Assembly: GCF_006345805.1 (NCBI RefSeq) | Contig: NC_042998.1 | Location: forward strand, 199,330,001-199,394,000 | Source of the DNA: Octopus sinensis | Lineage: Eukaryota | Direction of reading: 5' to 3' | DNA length: 64,000 nucleotides | In this document: in pieces, positions 25,885 to 39,977 of the stretch | How the letters are laid out: each line of letters begins with the position of its first letter | Numbering within the stretch: the stretch's first letter is position 1 | Made by a program: the position numbers and the translations under genes | The notes under the pieces: model-generated | The model's database searches: none | What the model was told of the DNA's origin: nothing | Seen by the model: the letters and a program-made list of their open reading frames with translations, nothing else

Positions 25885-25950
25885 GCTTTCAGTTTCCGTC
25901 TACCAAATCCACTCACAAGGCTTTGGTCAGCCTGAAGCTATAGTAGAAGC
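25735..25950 (-). mobile_element. Decayed SINE family A
   Basis: TTTACTTGTTTCAG...CTTTCAGTTTCCGTCTACCAAATCCACTCACAAGGCTTTGGTC. Confidence 0.7.
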
Positions 25951-28357
25951 GACTCATCAGATCTTTGTGGTTTTCATCACTGTTTACAATCTTGTTTCAA
26001 TTATTTTCAAATTTGGTATATGGATTAAGTTTTGTATACCAATTATGAAAATAAAATTCATTTTCCCTATAGATTCATCATTGAAAAGTTATTAGCCTTT
26101 AAAATTTGAAAAATTTGGTTATTTTAGCCAATCAGAAGCAAGTATTTTGCACATCACCATAAAGTTCTGTTAGCATATTAAGCAAATAGGCACCACGTGT
26201 TCCATAGCTGATTGCAAAGAACTCTGTTTCCATAGTAACCAAAGATGCTGTGCGTGCGCACAAGGAGTGTAACCACCAAATTGAGTGTAATCAACAAATT
26301 GAGAGTACTTTGGCATCTTTAAAGCATGGAAATAAATGCAGGTGTGGGACACACTGTTTCCATGGTTGATTCTTATCTTTGGGAATTTATGTGGAGAAGG
26401 AAGTATGAGAAAGATAATTTATTTTATAAAATCCTTGAGTGTATTGCAAACTTTCGTTCCTGAGTTTTTCAGCTAATAAATGTCTGTTTTAAGCAGTGTT
26501 TTGACTGTTATTTCTAGCAACTCCTGTTGGTTTGTAGCTTTTAAATATTTGATTTGCTCATGAATCTTTTAATGTTTTTCACTGTCTACTGTAGCTAGTT
26601 TAATGTCAGTCTCACCACCACCTTTTCTAGCTACTTTGACAACTAATGGAAAAGGCAGTGAATGCGTTGTTTTCTGATTGGCTGAAAATTCTGAAAATGA
26701 TCAAACTTTGAACACCTGTAACATTTTCGCAAAATTTTTCTGCAATAAATGAATAGCAAATTTGGATTCAACATCAAAGATTACATCTATATGATACATT
26801 AAAAAATTCTTTTAATGATTTTGATATGCAGTGGCGATAACCACAAAGATCCCACTTACCATGCAGTGGGACTGTACCAGAACCATGTGGTTGTGAAGCA
26901 AGCTTCTTATCCAACAGCCATATGGTAGTGATGGTGGTTATCATTGTGGCTATGGTCAGAAGCTATCCTGGATTACATTATCCAGTGTATTCTGTGATAA
27001 GGTGTGATTTGAGGGTGATTTCACCTTGTTTAAAGCAGGTCTTGTGACTGTAGAGGAATGGTTCCTCACCATTTCATGTAGACCCCTTTCTATTTTACTC
27101 CAGTTGGCCCTCATAGCCATTAGATATCTAAATAAAATCTTATATTTTTATAATCAAATATTATTAGTAATTGTAGAGGTATAACCAATATATTTCAGAT
27201 AAATTTTAACAACAAAATCTTGTATGAACCCTGATTAAGAACCACTGATGTAGAGAGACTCTTGTAGCCTACTCCCCCCACCCCATGGTGTTGATGATGG
27301 TGGTGCTCCTGCTGCTGTTGCTACTGCTAAATAACAGTGATAGCCTTATGGGTTTGCTTGGTAGTGGTAGTTATGGTAGAGAAAAGGGATCTTGTGGTAT
27401 GTTAGTTGATTGGATATGGATGTGAGATGCAGTGAGTAGAGGGTGTGTAATTTAGGTCAGTTAGTTGTCATTGTAACTAGTTACAAAGGAACAGGTTGCT
27501 TGTTGCTTTGCTGCCTATTCCCCTGTCTTTGCTTTCATTGCAATCCTTCTCCCTAAACTGTTGTTGTTATTGTATGTGTGTCTTATTGAATTAATAACAG
27601 ACAAAATCCATTGAAACCAGTGAGAGAGCTTCTACATAGTTGCTCAGTTTGCTAGAAACAACTCCTAAATCACACCTTACCCCCTTAAGAAAGAGCAGTT
27701 CTACACAACATACTGTATGCAAATTTCTTTTTATCCCCTCTTTACCACCCTCTCCCTCTTTGTCTATATATCTAATGTGTGTGTGTGTGTACTCACTACA
27801 CACTGTAGTATAAATACATTATACAGTGTCACATCATTATGTCTAATAAACTTATATTTTTAGCCTTGTAAATATTATGTTCTGTGGCCTTTTTGCAGTT
27901 TCAAATAGGAATTGAACTGATCACTTTCAGCTGTGTTATAAAAAAAATCATCAAAGATAATACATACTGTATATTATTAAAAACTGCATATGAAGACGTG
28001 TGCAGTCTTGCATACTAGAACAGGAAAGACATACACAAAGAAATTTTGTCTAAGAAAATATTTTTGTTATAAGTTTTGTGGTTAAAAACACATTGGGCCT
28101 AGCTCCATGTGAAATCAGTGAACTACCTAAATAGAGGTTCAGGCTCAGATCCAAATGACCAAGACATTATTTACTACTGAAGAGGCAAACATCATGTTGA
28201 AATACCACATCTGGGGTCTGCTGATGTCACATGGAGCTCAGCACATGAAGTTGATAGAGAAAAATGTTATCTTAGTTCTTGTTCTGATTTGCAGGGGCAT
28301 ATTAAAATTATGTGTATACATTATACATCTTTGTTTCGATCTCCACTGCTTTATGTT

Positions 28358-28389
<32 letters not shown>

Positions 28390-28390
<1 letters not shown>

Positions 28391-28830
28391 CCCTAGGGGC
28401 AAAGAAATAAGAACCCACAGTATGGTGGAAGCCATAGCCACTCATAATGAAAAGGAGTGCTGGTGGAATGTCCCAGTGAAAACCTCAATAAAAGGTAAAC
28501 ACAATAGATGTGATATAATGATTTGGGATAGAGAAGAGAAACTGTACAGTTTGCCCAGCAGATGTTAACATAAAGCTGAAGATCAGTGAAAAAGAGAATA
28601 CTTACGCTAAACTATTGAAAAATCTGTAGTTACTCTATCCAGATTACAAGTTCAGATTTATATCTGTAATTATTGGGGCCCCGGGATATGTAACACACTG
28701 CCTAAATACCAATCTTGAGAAATTAGGCTTCTCAAAACCAGGAAGAAGAAAGCTGATTCGAAGACTACAGTTCCAAGCCATCACTGGAACTGTAAAAATC
28801 TGTAAAACTTTCCATAAGTTTATCATTTAA
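28390..28830 (+). pseudogene. Restriction-like endonuclease domain of an R4/Dong-type LINE (3' fragment)
   Basis: WWNVPVKTSIKGKHNRCDIMIWDREEK...EKENTYAKL...IIGAPGYV...LG...Q...GTVKICKTF; begins immediately after (TA)n. Confidence 0.75.
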
Positions 28831-29475
28831 ATATATATGAGCTTGTCTAGATATGCAAGTATATGCATGAAAAGACATACATAACACAAAACTTATGAAT
28901 TTGCACATGTACATACAAAAATACCTTGTTGATGTTGAAATCCCAGTGAAGGAGTCTTGTATCTAGGTTAGAAACTGGCTCTTTCTCTATTGTCAAGAAA
29001 TCTTGAAATAATACTAAATAATGACATATCGTTGTTTTAAACACTCACATTTTCTATGCTGGGTTGGGTTAGATTAAGCAAGTAAGGTGTTTTTTACTCC
29101 CTGTTTTTCGCACATTAAAATTGCTGAACTACAGGACATATTGTTATAGATTTTATCAAGCAGTGGCAATTTAAGGCTGTAGAAAAAAAGTCCTTGTCAT
29201 ACATATGCGTGCACACACATACACACATTCATGCCTACTTACCTACCCACTACATACGTGTGTGTGTACTTCTCAACAACACAATCTGTGTCTGCACCTA
29301 CTGCATGAACACATTCACATCCACGCTATAAATACCAGCCAATGAATGAGGGAGACTACATGGCCATTGTCTTGCTAGAGACAGTACCCAAACCCCCACT
29401 TCAAATCATATTCTATCATCTTAAGAAAGAAGGACATATTGAATAATGTTGTACTAGATTGATAACAGAGGCTTA

Positions 29476-29506
<31 letters not shown>

Positions 29507-30334
29507 CAAGAAATGAAGCCAGTATGCTCCGATGGATGTGTAATGTCAGTGTTCATAATCGACAGAGTGTAAGTACCTTGAGAGAAAAGTTGAACCTAAG
29601 AAGCATCAGTTGTGTTGTGCAAAAGAGACGTCTGCACTGGTATGGGCATGTGACGAGAATGGGTGAAGATAGTTGTGTGCAAAAGTTCCACACTCTAGCA
29701 GTTGAGGGAACCTGTGGAAGAGGTAGACCCAGGAAAACCTGGAACGAGGTGGTGAAGCACGACCTTCGAACTTTAGGTCTCATCAAGGAAATGACTAGAG
29801 ACTGAGACCTATGGAAGTATGCTGTGCGTGAGAATACTCGGCAAGACCAGTGAGAACAGTCAAAATCAAACCAAATCAACATCAGTGGAAATTGCAGCTG
29901 TGGTTAAGCGAACCATCCGATCGTTTGTCCGTTGCCAGCCTCGCCTGGCCCCTGTGCCGTTGGCACATAAAAGCACCATCCGCTCGTGTCCGTTGCCAGC
30001 CTCGCCTGGCCCCGTGCCGGTAGCACATAAAAGCACCATCCGTTCGTCTCCGTTGCCAGCCTCGCCTGGCCCCCCGTGCCGGTGGCACGTAAAAACACCA
30101 TCCGTTCGTGGCCGTTTGCCAGCTCTGTCTGGCACCTGTGCAGGTGGCACGTAAAAAGCACCCACTACACTCACGGAGTGGTTGGTGTTAGGAACTGCAT
30201 CCAGCCGTAGAAACACTGCCAAATCTGACTGGGCCTGATGAAGCCTTCCGGCTTCACAGACCCCAGTTAAACCATCCAACCCATGCTAGCATGGAAAACG
30301 GACACTAAATGATGATGATGGTGATAATGATGAT
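29507..30334 (+). mobile_element. 5'-truncated RTE-clade LINE (ORF2 C-terminus, 3' UTR, (GAT)n tail)
   Basis: MLRWMCNV...RRLHWYGHVTRM...RGRPRKTW; matches 40730-41030; 3' UTR with ~47-bp subrepeats. Confidence 0.9.
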
Positions 30335-30894
30335 ATATATATATATAATGGTCACCACTGCAGGTTCAGCGATCAAATGTGTGCATACATAGTCAAGGCC
30401 AACAACTTGATAGACATTAAAGTCAGTTTGATTGACCCCAGTACTTTGTTGGTCTCTAGAAAGATGAATGGCAAATTTATTGTCAACTGGATTCCAACTA
30501 AGAATCCTAAAAAGATATAATCCAATGCCTTAAGATAGAATGAAGAATGTGAGTGAGCATAATGATAGAAAAGGAGGATATGAGACTGTAAAGCAAAGAA
30601 ATGAAGAAATCAGATACACAATACTTCTCAGTTATGAAGAAACTGCTTGATTTCAAATTGCAGAAAAAAGACAAAGAATACTACAAAGAGAAGTCAATGT
30701 TTATTGTGAATTTGGGAGAAGTGTAGCAAAAACACAGAAGCAAGGCTTTTGAGCCAAAAACAATTAAGAAAAACTGAAAGAAGACAAAATGAAACACAAG
30801 AAGAAATTAAAGCTAGGCTTTAAGTAGGCACATTAAGTATTAGTGAAAGGAGGCAGAAATGAACCCCACTCCATTTCTTTTTGGCAGATACTAC

Positions 30895-31060
30895 ATTAGT
30901 AGTAGTAGCAGCAGCAGTAGTAGTAGTAGTAGTACTACTACTACTACTAGTACTGATGATGATGATGTTAATGATGATAATAATATTAATAATCATAATA
31001 ATAATAATAATAATGATGATAATAATAATCATAATAATAATAATGATATTAATGATAATT
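30895..31060. repeat. Compound (AGT)/(GCA)/(ACT)/(GAT)/(AAT) trinucleotide tract
   Basis: Directly visible. Confidence 0.9.
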
Positions 31061-31074
31061 ATCCTTTTTAATAT

Positions 31075-31274
31075 AGGCACAAAGCCTGGAATTTGAGGGG
31101 AGGAGGATAGTCGATCACATCGACCCTAGTACATGACTGGTACTTAATTTATTGACCCCAAAAAGAAGAAAGGCAAAGTTGACCTTGGTGAAATTTGAGC
31201 TCTGAACATAGCCGTGGGTGAAATACTGCTAAGCGTTTCACCTGGCGTGCTAACGATCCTGCCAGCTCACAGCC
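31075..31274 (-). mobile_element. SINE family E, diverged
   Basis: Matches the reverse complement of 62176-62340. Confidence 0.7.
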
Positions 31275-32009
31275 TTGATATTAGTAATAATAATAATAAC
31301 TGTTTTTAATTTAAGCCAACAATTTTGAGTTCAAGACTGGTGCTACTTTATTTAATTGACACTTGAGAGATGAAAAGCGAAGTCAACCTCTGTGGGATAT
31401 GAACTCAGGGTGTAAAGAGCCAGATGAAATACTGCAAAGCATTTTATGTTATTCAGTACTAACTTTTCTACCAATGCACTGCCCTAGTAGTGGTAATAAC
31501 AGTAATGATTTATTTTATTGGCCATAAGGGTGCAAGGCATTGGGGTCAAAAGATGGTCAAATAACTGTAGAGGTTCCAGTCTTATTTCTTTGCTCATTCA
31601 GTAGCTTCATGATGATTTGTTTGCAATGCAGGGGCCTACCAGAAAGAATTTATTATTATATTGAGGCATTTCATTCCCCAATCCGAGGATCCCATGCCCC
31701 ATCATGACCCTTGAATATTTTCAATTAGCATGAATAAATGTCAGTTATTTAGTCAAGCACAAAGGGGTAGATTTAGGTGGGGTTGAGTGGATCAATGTGT
31801 TGGTGGTGGGTGTAAGGTATTGTAAGATTCTGTTGTATATGAACAGATCTTGCTTGGTGTGTCTATATGAGTGACTGAGGAGAATATAGACTGCTTTAAT
31901 AACCACCCCACCTCTATATTCTTAAATAGGTGTTTTAAGCATTGTGTGCGTATGTATGTGTATACGTATATATGGATGCATATGTGTGTTTGTTTGTGTG
32001 TGTGTGTGT

Positions 32010-32329
32010 GTAGTCTCTTGTTTCAGTCAGTGGATTATGGGCATATTGGGGTACAACCTTGAAGGTTTTAGTCAAACAAATCAACTCCTGTACTTAATTT
32101 TTATTTAAGTTTGGTACTTATTGATGTGAGACAAACACAGACACAAAGACATATATATATACATATATACATGATGGGCTCCCACAGTTTCCATCTACCA
32201 AATTCATTCACAAGGCAATGGTCAGCCCAGGACTATAGAAAAAGACACCCAAGATGCTGAATAGTGGTACTGAGCCCAACCCTCATGGTTGCAAAGCAAG
32301 CTTCTTAACCACACAGACATGCTTGTGCC

Positions 32330-32330
<1 letters not shown>
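32010..32330 (-). mobile_element. Decayed SINE family A
   Basis: Recognisable CAGTTTCCATCTACCAAATTCA...GGTACTGAGCCC...CTTAACCACACAG. Confidence 0.65.
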
Positions 32331-32381
<51 letters not shown>

Positions 32382-32707
32382 TGTATATGAGAGGGAGATA
32401 GATATATGAATGTATATATATATGTAGTGAGCACATACATGTATACATCTGAATTCAACCCACAAAGAGTTTGTTGTTGTTGTTGATGATGAACCCCCGA
32501 TCAAACAGACATGATGAAATGATTCCATGGTGCCATTTTAGAATATATACAAACTCAAGTGCTTGATTCTTGCTTTAGTGATGGGATGCAAAACCAATAA
32601 ATTTAGTCAGTGGTAAAGTTGAACCTTTTATCATTCAGTATTCAGCAAATTTCATTATAAAATGACTATTTTTAAATCTCACAACGTGAGTTATTCAGCA
32701 ACAGTAC

Positions 32708-32930
32708 TTTGTAGTAAAGATTGTTTGCCAACATAACATGGCAGTCCTGGTTTAGGACGCATGTTGCTGTAATTTTCAAACAAGGGAATCTAGCACCCCT
32801 ACGAAAATATAAGGACACAGATCATGTCATATAGCCAGCTGGAGACAATGTTTCCTGGGGCTAAATTACAGCAATATTCATCCTAAACTAGTACTGCCAT
32901 GTTAAGATGGCAAACAATCTTTACTACAAA
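32708..32930. mobile_element. MITE-like element with ~68-bp imperfect TIRs
   Basis: TTTGTAGTAAAGATTGTTTGCCA...GCTGTAATTT versus AAATTACAGC...TGGCAAACAATCTTTACTACAAA. Confidence 0.7.
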
Positions 32931-34099
32931 TTTCATTATCTTTTATCAGGAGTAATCTTTTTTTATCTCACTTTGTACCATTGTTCTGTTGATACTCTGC
33001 CTAGTAAAGACAAAGTGAAACAGACAAGAAAGCCAGATTCTTTTTTCTGATAACACTGTTTTAAACAACATTATTGTGGTTTCAAGCATGGGTTCTTTTT
33101 TGTTGACTTGCAAATGATAAAAGTTAAGAGTTGAAGAAGAACTAATATCCTCATTATCCAATGTATTCTTTTCTAAGATGGTATGGTGTGATTTGAAGGA
33201 GATTTAGCTACAATTTCTAGCACCTAGGGGCATTTACAGCTTAATTAATATAAGGTTAAAGTAAGTTACTGTTAATATTCAAAATGTTGGCATATCTTTC
33301 TGCTTGTATGGTTTTTTTTTCTTTTAGTGACATAGCTGAGTAGTTCATGGAATAAAGCATTCACACATATATATACACATACATGAGGCATTTAACAAAA
33401 TAGGAGCCTTTATGTGATCATGCAACCTGCTAGAAATTACAGCTAAATCTTCATCAATCAAACCCAAGTGTCTTTTTTAAAAAGACACTAGTTCTAGATA
33501 AAACAAAAAAGACACAATGATCATGGGATCTTAGAGATATTGGAAAACTACTGGAGTTTCATGAGGCAACTTTTTGATCAACAAATGACTTGTTTGTTCT
33601 GCACCACTGACTTCAGGAAACCAGCCAACCACCTGATCATCTATCAATTGGTGGGCACACAAGCCTGATTGATTACATTCTCATCAGAAAAGGGATAGAC
33701 AGATGCTTGTGAAGAGTGTTAAACTCAACATAGGTTAGTGACTTCAGAGTTAGGGCTAGGTGAACTCAGTGGTGCAAACCTATCTCAAAAAGGAGGGATC
33801 CTTCAAACACTCAGAAATTTATAGACGTTCTAACTGAAGAATTTGACTAGTATGGGGAGGAGATAGTAATGTTTAACTCACAGGACAACTAGAAGTTCTT
33901 ATGTGACAATCTACCTAGAGCAGCTGATCAAATCTATGGCTGGGGCAAAGTTTCAGCCAGACGAAGGGTGACATGATGGTGGAATAGTGAGGTAGACTGA
34001 GCTTGGAAAGAGTGGGAATAAGGATGACATTATTCAACAAGAGCAAAAGTAAAAAGAGATCTGCCAGCATCTTATGGCATGAATTTCTGAGGTGTCAGG

Positions 34100-35040
<941 letters not shown>

Positions 35041-36559
35041 ATCATAGCAAAAATGACATTCAAAAAGCATTTTGTTTATGCTTGTAACCCATTCTACTTC
35101 ATCAAATATTCCTCACATTTCATTCCCCTAACACCCTGCCTTTCATCACGTCTCAGTGGCTGTAATCACTTGAGAGTAAAATTGGCACATACCACTCCTC
35201 CCTCCGCATTTTTCTTTGTACTACCAGTTACCTTCCCACTGCCAAAACCTTTTCACCTTTTATTCTCATGATCTAGCCCACCTCCAATCGTTTTCACCAA
35301 TCACCTCCTTATATGCCTTCAGTTACCTCCCTTCTCTGCCATATTCCATATTAACACCTCACATATCTATCATTTTCAACACCTTTTCATATCCTCCATC
35401 AAACAACCTCACTCACTATAGCCACCTCTTACATTTCCCCCTCTATTGCTTTTACACTTTCCACATCATCCTCCCACCTTCTGATCTATCCTGTTTCCTC
35501 AGTCACTTCTCTCTCTCTCACTATTCCACCCCCTCATACTAATATTTCCCATCAAGTACATCTCTACCTTTGTTCATTACTAACAACATTCATCTCCATC
35601 CCCACTCCGCTGCCTTTAACTATCTGTTACTCTCCCTTCACACTCTCATATATCTTCCTCTCCTTCCCCCAATCCACAGTCTGTATCCTCCTTTCTGCTC
35701 ACCTTGTACCTTGAGAGTTTGCTCTGTCACCCCATCATTGTCATCATTATCTTCTTCCCAGCTATTCTCAACCACCCTTACATAATGTTGGATAACCATA
35801 TATATACATCCTCTATGTCAAAACTACTGCGCTTGTCCCTCTATCATACTTTAGCCTCTCAAAATCTCCTCAGATCTTTGTTCCACTTAGTCATATGTCT
35901 TTCTGAGTTTTTTTTTTCTTCCTCCCAACTCTTGTTCTTTTTCTGTCCTGCAAGTTAGCTGGCAACCTCACTAGTGCTAATGGCATTAGGAAGGACATCC
36001 AGTTCTAACAAGCCATACCCTATCAAATTGTTCAACCCATGGAAAATGGATGTTAAATAATAATAATAACAACGATGATGATGATATATAGGGGAGGAGG
36101 AGGATGCTGATAGTGATGGCAACAGGAGTGATGACTTTTTGTTTATATAGGTGATGTAGAATTTGCTGAGAAAAAGAAAAAAAAAACTAAAACAGGCTAT
36201 ACAAATATTTTTTTAATACTAATGTGTGTGACACCGCCTACTAAAGTGTTGATATCTAAATTAAAATTGTTGTTAAAGTCTCATTACAGTATGTGTGATA
36301 CTACGACGAAATTCAGTTGATCAACACAAACATGATGCATGTATAATGTTACAAATCTTTTGCTAAATCCCTCCAAAATTTTGATTATATTGAATAGTCA
36401 TTAGAAATATGGTTATGTAAAAGTTAAGGGTTCTCAACTTTTTCTAACTTAGCAACTCCCTTTCACAAAAATGTTTTTGAAAACCCCTCCTCCATCCTAT
36501 ATTTTACCAAAAAAAAAATTTTAAACAAACAGAAGCTAATTTTGTTGATAGTTGATAAA

Positions 36560-37150
36560 CTCAATACCTTTTGCATCCCCCAAAACTGAGGCTATCACCT
36601 TCCCTGCCGATGAAATGACCATGTCCTTCTTTGGAGCATGTGAGTGGAGAAGGATGTTTCCACTGCACAGATTGTCTTTTTCTCTCTGGCTCAAAGTGAT
36701 GAAGACAACACTCATCCTGGCTTAAGAAATGTTCAAGGAAACCAGCTGGATCTGTCAGATTTCCCATGCTGGGATCAGCCTGATGCACTTTTGATCAGAT
36801 GTCAGAAAAACGTGGTACCCACCAAGCAAAAATCTTCATCATGTAAGTTCATTGTGCAAAATATTCGCAACTCTCTAAAAGAATATATAATAGCATTGGC
36901 TATTTGTTTTATAGACAATTACCTGTCATCCATCACCATGTGGTGAACATAATCAATATTTTTTCAGCTGTGACAATTGCAGGATGTCTAAACGTTGGGT
37001 CATCTTTAACACTCCCACTTCCCCTCCTAAATTCAGCTTCCCAATTTCAAACTGTTGATAAAGCTGAAGTGTCATCCCTTAATGTAGTAACCCATGTTGG
37101 CATCAATATCCTCGAGGTCTAAACCCTTTTTCTGCTAAATTTGCTGCTTT
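36560..37150 (-). pseudogene. Decayed mariner transposase N-terminal half
   Basis: Frame-jumping read: IDYVHHMVMDDR, IANAI, WVPR, QDE..LHHFEPERKRQSVQWKHP. Confidence 0.72.
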
Positions 37151-39269
37151 TCATGAGGAGTCACTACTAGGTATTTTTGAAGTCTTCTTTGAACAGTCAG
37201 ATGCCAGTTTATCTGGAAAGAATAACGCAGTTTTTAATAGAGTTGAAATTAATACAAGATTTCACAGGTCTAGCATCACTATTTCATAGTCAGCCTATGA
37301 ACTTTTCAGGCCCATCTTTGTATATTAGAAAATGACGTGTCTCAAATATAAGTATTGTACCTAATTTACATATTTCGTTAAGAATTTACACATCCCATCT
37401 AAAAATCCTTTGACAATTGCTGTCACCTTGTGAGGTCACAATAACCTCAAGGGGATGCTTCTGTCCAGCATGCACCATACACACCCCCATTCAGAGAGAA
37501 AGTGACATCTATCTTCTTGATTCAAGTTTTGTTACTGGTTCAAGGTTATTTATTGGCTATTGGCTCAGTTTTCTTACAGGTTCAGGTTTACTTGCTCACT
37601 CAAATGAGTGAGCAAGTAAGCTTCAGTCAGTTGAACTCAGCTCAGTTGAAGACAAAATTTAATATGTAATAAAATGAGAATATATGAAAAAGGGTAGTTC
37701 CACAGAAAAATTCCTTTTCTTTTTTAAGGAAAGGACTGATTGTACTTGGAGTTTGACTATATAGATGAACTATAGAGAGACAGATATAGCTTTCTGTCAA
37801 ATATGTTTTAAAATAGTACTTTCAGAAGACTTGTCAACACACAATTTGCAAACACATCACTATTCAATAGTTGTATATCTTAATTCAAATTCTAGCCTTA
37901 TGTTTTTCTTAGCAAAAGAAAAAGAAACCCAAAAAACTCTGATCTAAAACAATTTTACTTGCTTCAAGAGAAGAAAAAGAAAAGAAAATGTTATAAAACC
38001 ATAGATTCTGGTTCTAAAGAGAAATCCCAAATCTCTTTGATGCAGATTTGATTGTATTAGTCATATGTCATTCTGCAGTAAAGGTCATCAGAGACAGATT
38101 GTTCTGACAAGTTAGTCATTGCATATTAATCATGACATCTAGATGAAATAAGATTCCTAAGATGAAGTGTTATGTGAAAAGAGAAGACAAGTGAAGGAAA
38201 ATGTGAGAAAGAAGAGAAATGGAGTAGGGGAAAGAATGGGTTTAGTCTGAGTCTGTCTTATCATTGCTCAACTAGGTTAAGACAGACTTCTTTGTATAAA
38301 ACAACTATCGACATGAGATCAGAGATGATAGGAGCTGAAATAGATGTAGGACAGTACTTTGGTGAGAGATTTCTTTTAGATTTTCAGTGTTGAAATTACA
38401 AAAGTTTTAGAATAAACTGTTGAATAAATAACTGTATTAGAAAAATGACTGATGGGGTTTTATAATCCATCTTAGATGATTATTATCCTTTTTTCCTTTT
38501 TCTGTTTTGCTAATACAAGCAACAGTGCAACATGGTTGGACTATTGGAAGCTGGTAATCAACACTAATTGTTAAATTCTTTTGAAACAATTTATCAGATT
38601 ATATTTTATTTATCTTCAGATCATAATTTTTCTAATTTTCTTATTTCTTCAGAAATAAGACACCTGATGATATATGGAGATCACACTGATCAAAAACATA
38701 ACATAGATCAATCATGGAATAATTACTTTTTTTGCATAAAAACTGCAGCTGAATGAGATATCATTGGCACAGTGAGGGGGGAGAGTTTTGCAGTATCATG
38801 CCTCCTTACTAACATGAGTTACATTATGACAAGGATTAAGTCCCAAGTATATAAAAAAAAAAAAATTCTAAAGCCTGCATCATTTCTCTGAGTTGGTCTT
38901 GCACTTTATTTTGCACTGTATCAGAAGTACATATTTTCTTTTTAAGCCAGGTACTTATTCTATAGGCCTCTTTTGCAGAAATGTTAAGTTACGGAGACAT
39001 AAACACACCAACACCAGTTGAGAAGAAGTGATGGAGGACAAATACTGGCAAAAAGACTTTCTCTCTTTCTCACACCACCCACTGACAGTTTTCTTTCAGT
39101 TTCTGTCACACCCATCCACTCGCAAAGTTTTATTTGGCCCAGTACACCTACTCAAGAGGCTGCACATCAGGACTAATCATAAGGCCACATGCTTGTGAAG
39201 AAGACTTCTTTACCACACAGCTATGCTTGCATCTATATAATATATATGTATGCCTGTACTACATAAGAT

Positions 39270-39495
39270 GCCCTCATGCCTGTGGCACGTAACATGCACT
39301 TGCACAGTACCACACATAAAAACAATCATGCTGCCAGCAAGTAAAAACCACTCAGCACATTCTGTAAAAGGGTTGACATTAGGTAGGGCATCCAGATGTA
39401 GAAATCATACCAGAACAGACAATTGGGGCTGGCCAGCTCCTGTCAAACCATCCAACCCATGCCAGCATGGAGAATGGATGTTGAACGATGATGAT
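39270..39495 (+). mobile_element. RTE-type 3' tail fragment
   Basis: TAGGTAGGGCATCCAG...CCAACCCATGCCAGCATGGAGAATGGATGTTGAACGATGATGAT, matching 43140-43285. Confidence 0.7.
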
Positions 39496-39497
39496 TC

Positions 39498-39564
<67 letters not shown>

Positions 39565-39977
39565 ATCATCATTATTACTATCATCAATTGATGTCTGTTT
39601 TCCATGCTGGTATGGGTTGTAGGGTTGCATGCCATTCCTAGTGCCAAGCACTTTATTGCATGCATTGGGTGCTTTATTTGTATCAATCATACCAGTGAGC
39701 TTGTCAAGTGACTTGCAAGACAGGAACTGAATGTATATCTCCAGCTAGCCAGGCATCTTCTCCTCGCAGTAATTTTGGGAGAAATGTGGGGGTTAGAATC
39801 CTCAGGCACTTCCTTTGTAAGGACCTATAAGGCGCAACTGTCATGATATTTTTTACTATTCCCAGGCTTGACCAACTGAGACTGGATATTATCAAACTTT
39901 CTTATATTGGTCTACTCCTACTTCTTAGCTCGGCATGTACACACACACAATATGTGTGTGTATATATATATATATAT

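Noticed and set aside
26095-26830. Possible non-autonomous DNA transposon (inverted TTAGCCAATCAGAA/TTCTGATTGGCTGAA)
   Set aside because: I could not define termini or a TSD.
30232-30256. CTGATGA followed by hairpin AGCC-ttcc-GGCT
   Set aside because: No GAAA after the stem; it is an ordinary RTE 3' UTR stem-loop.
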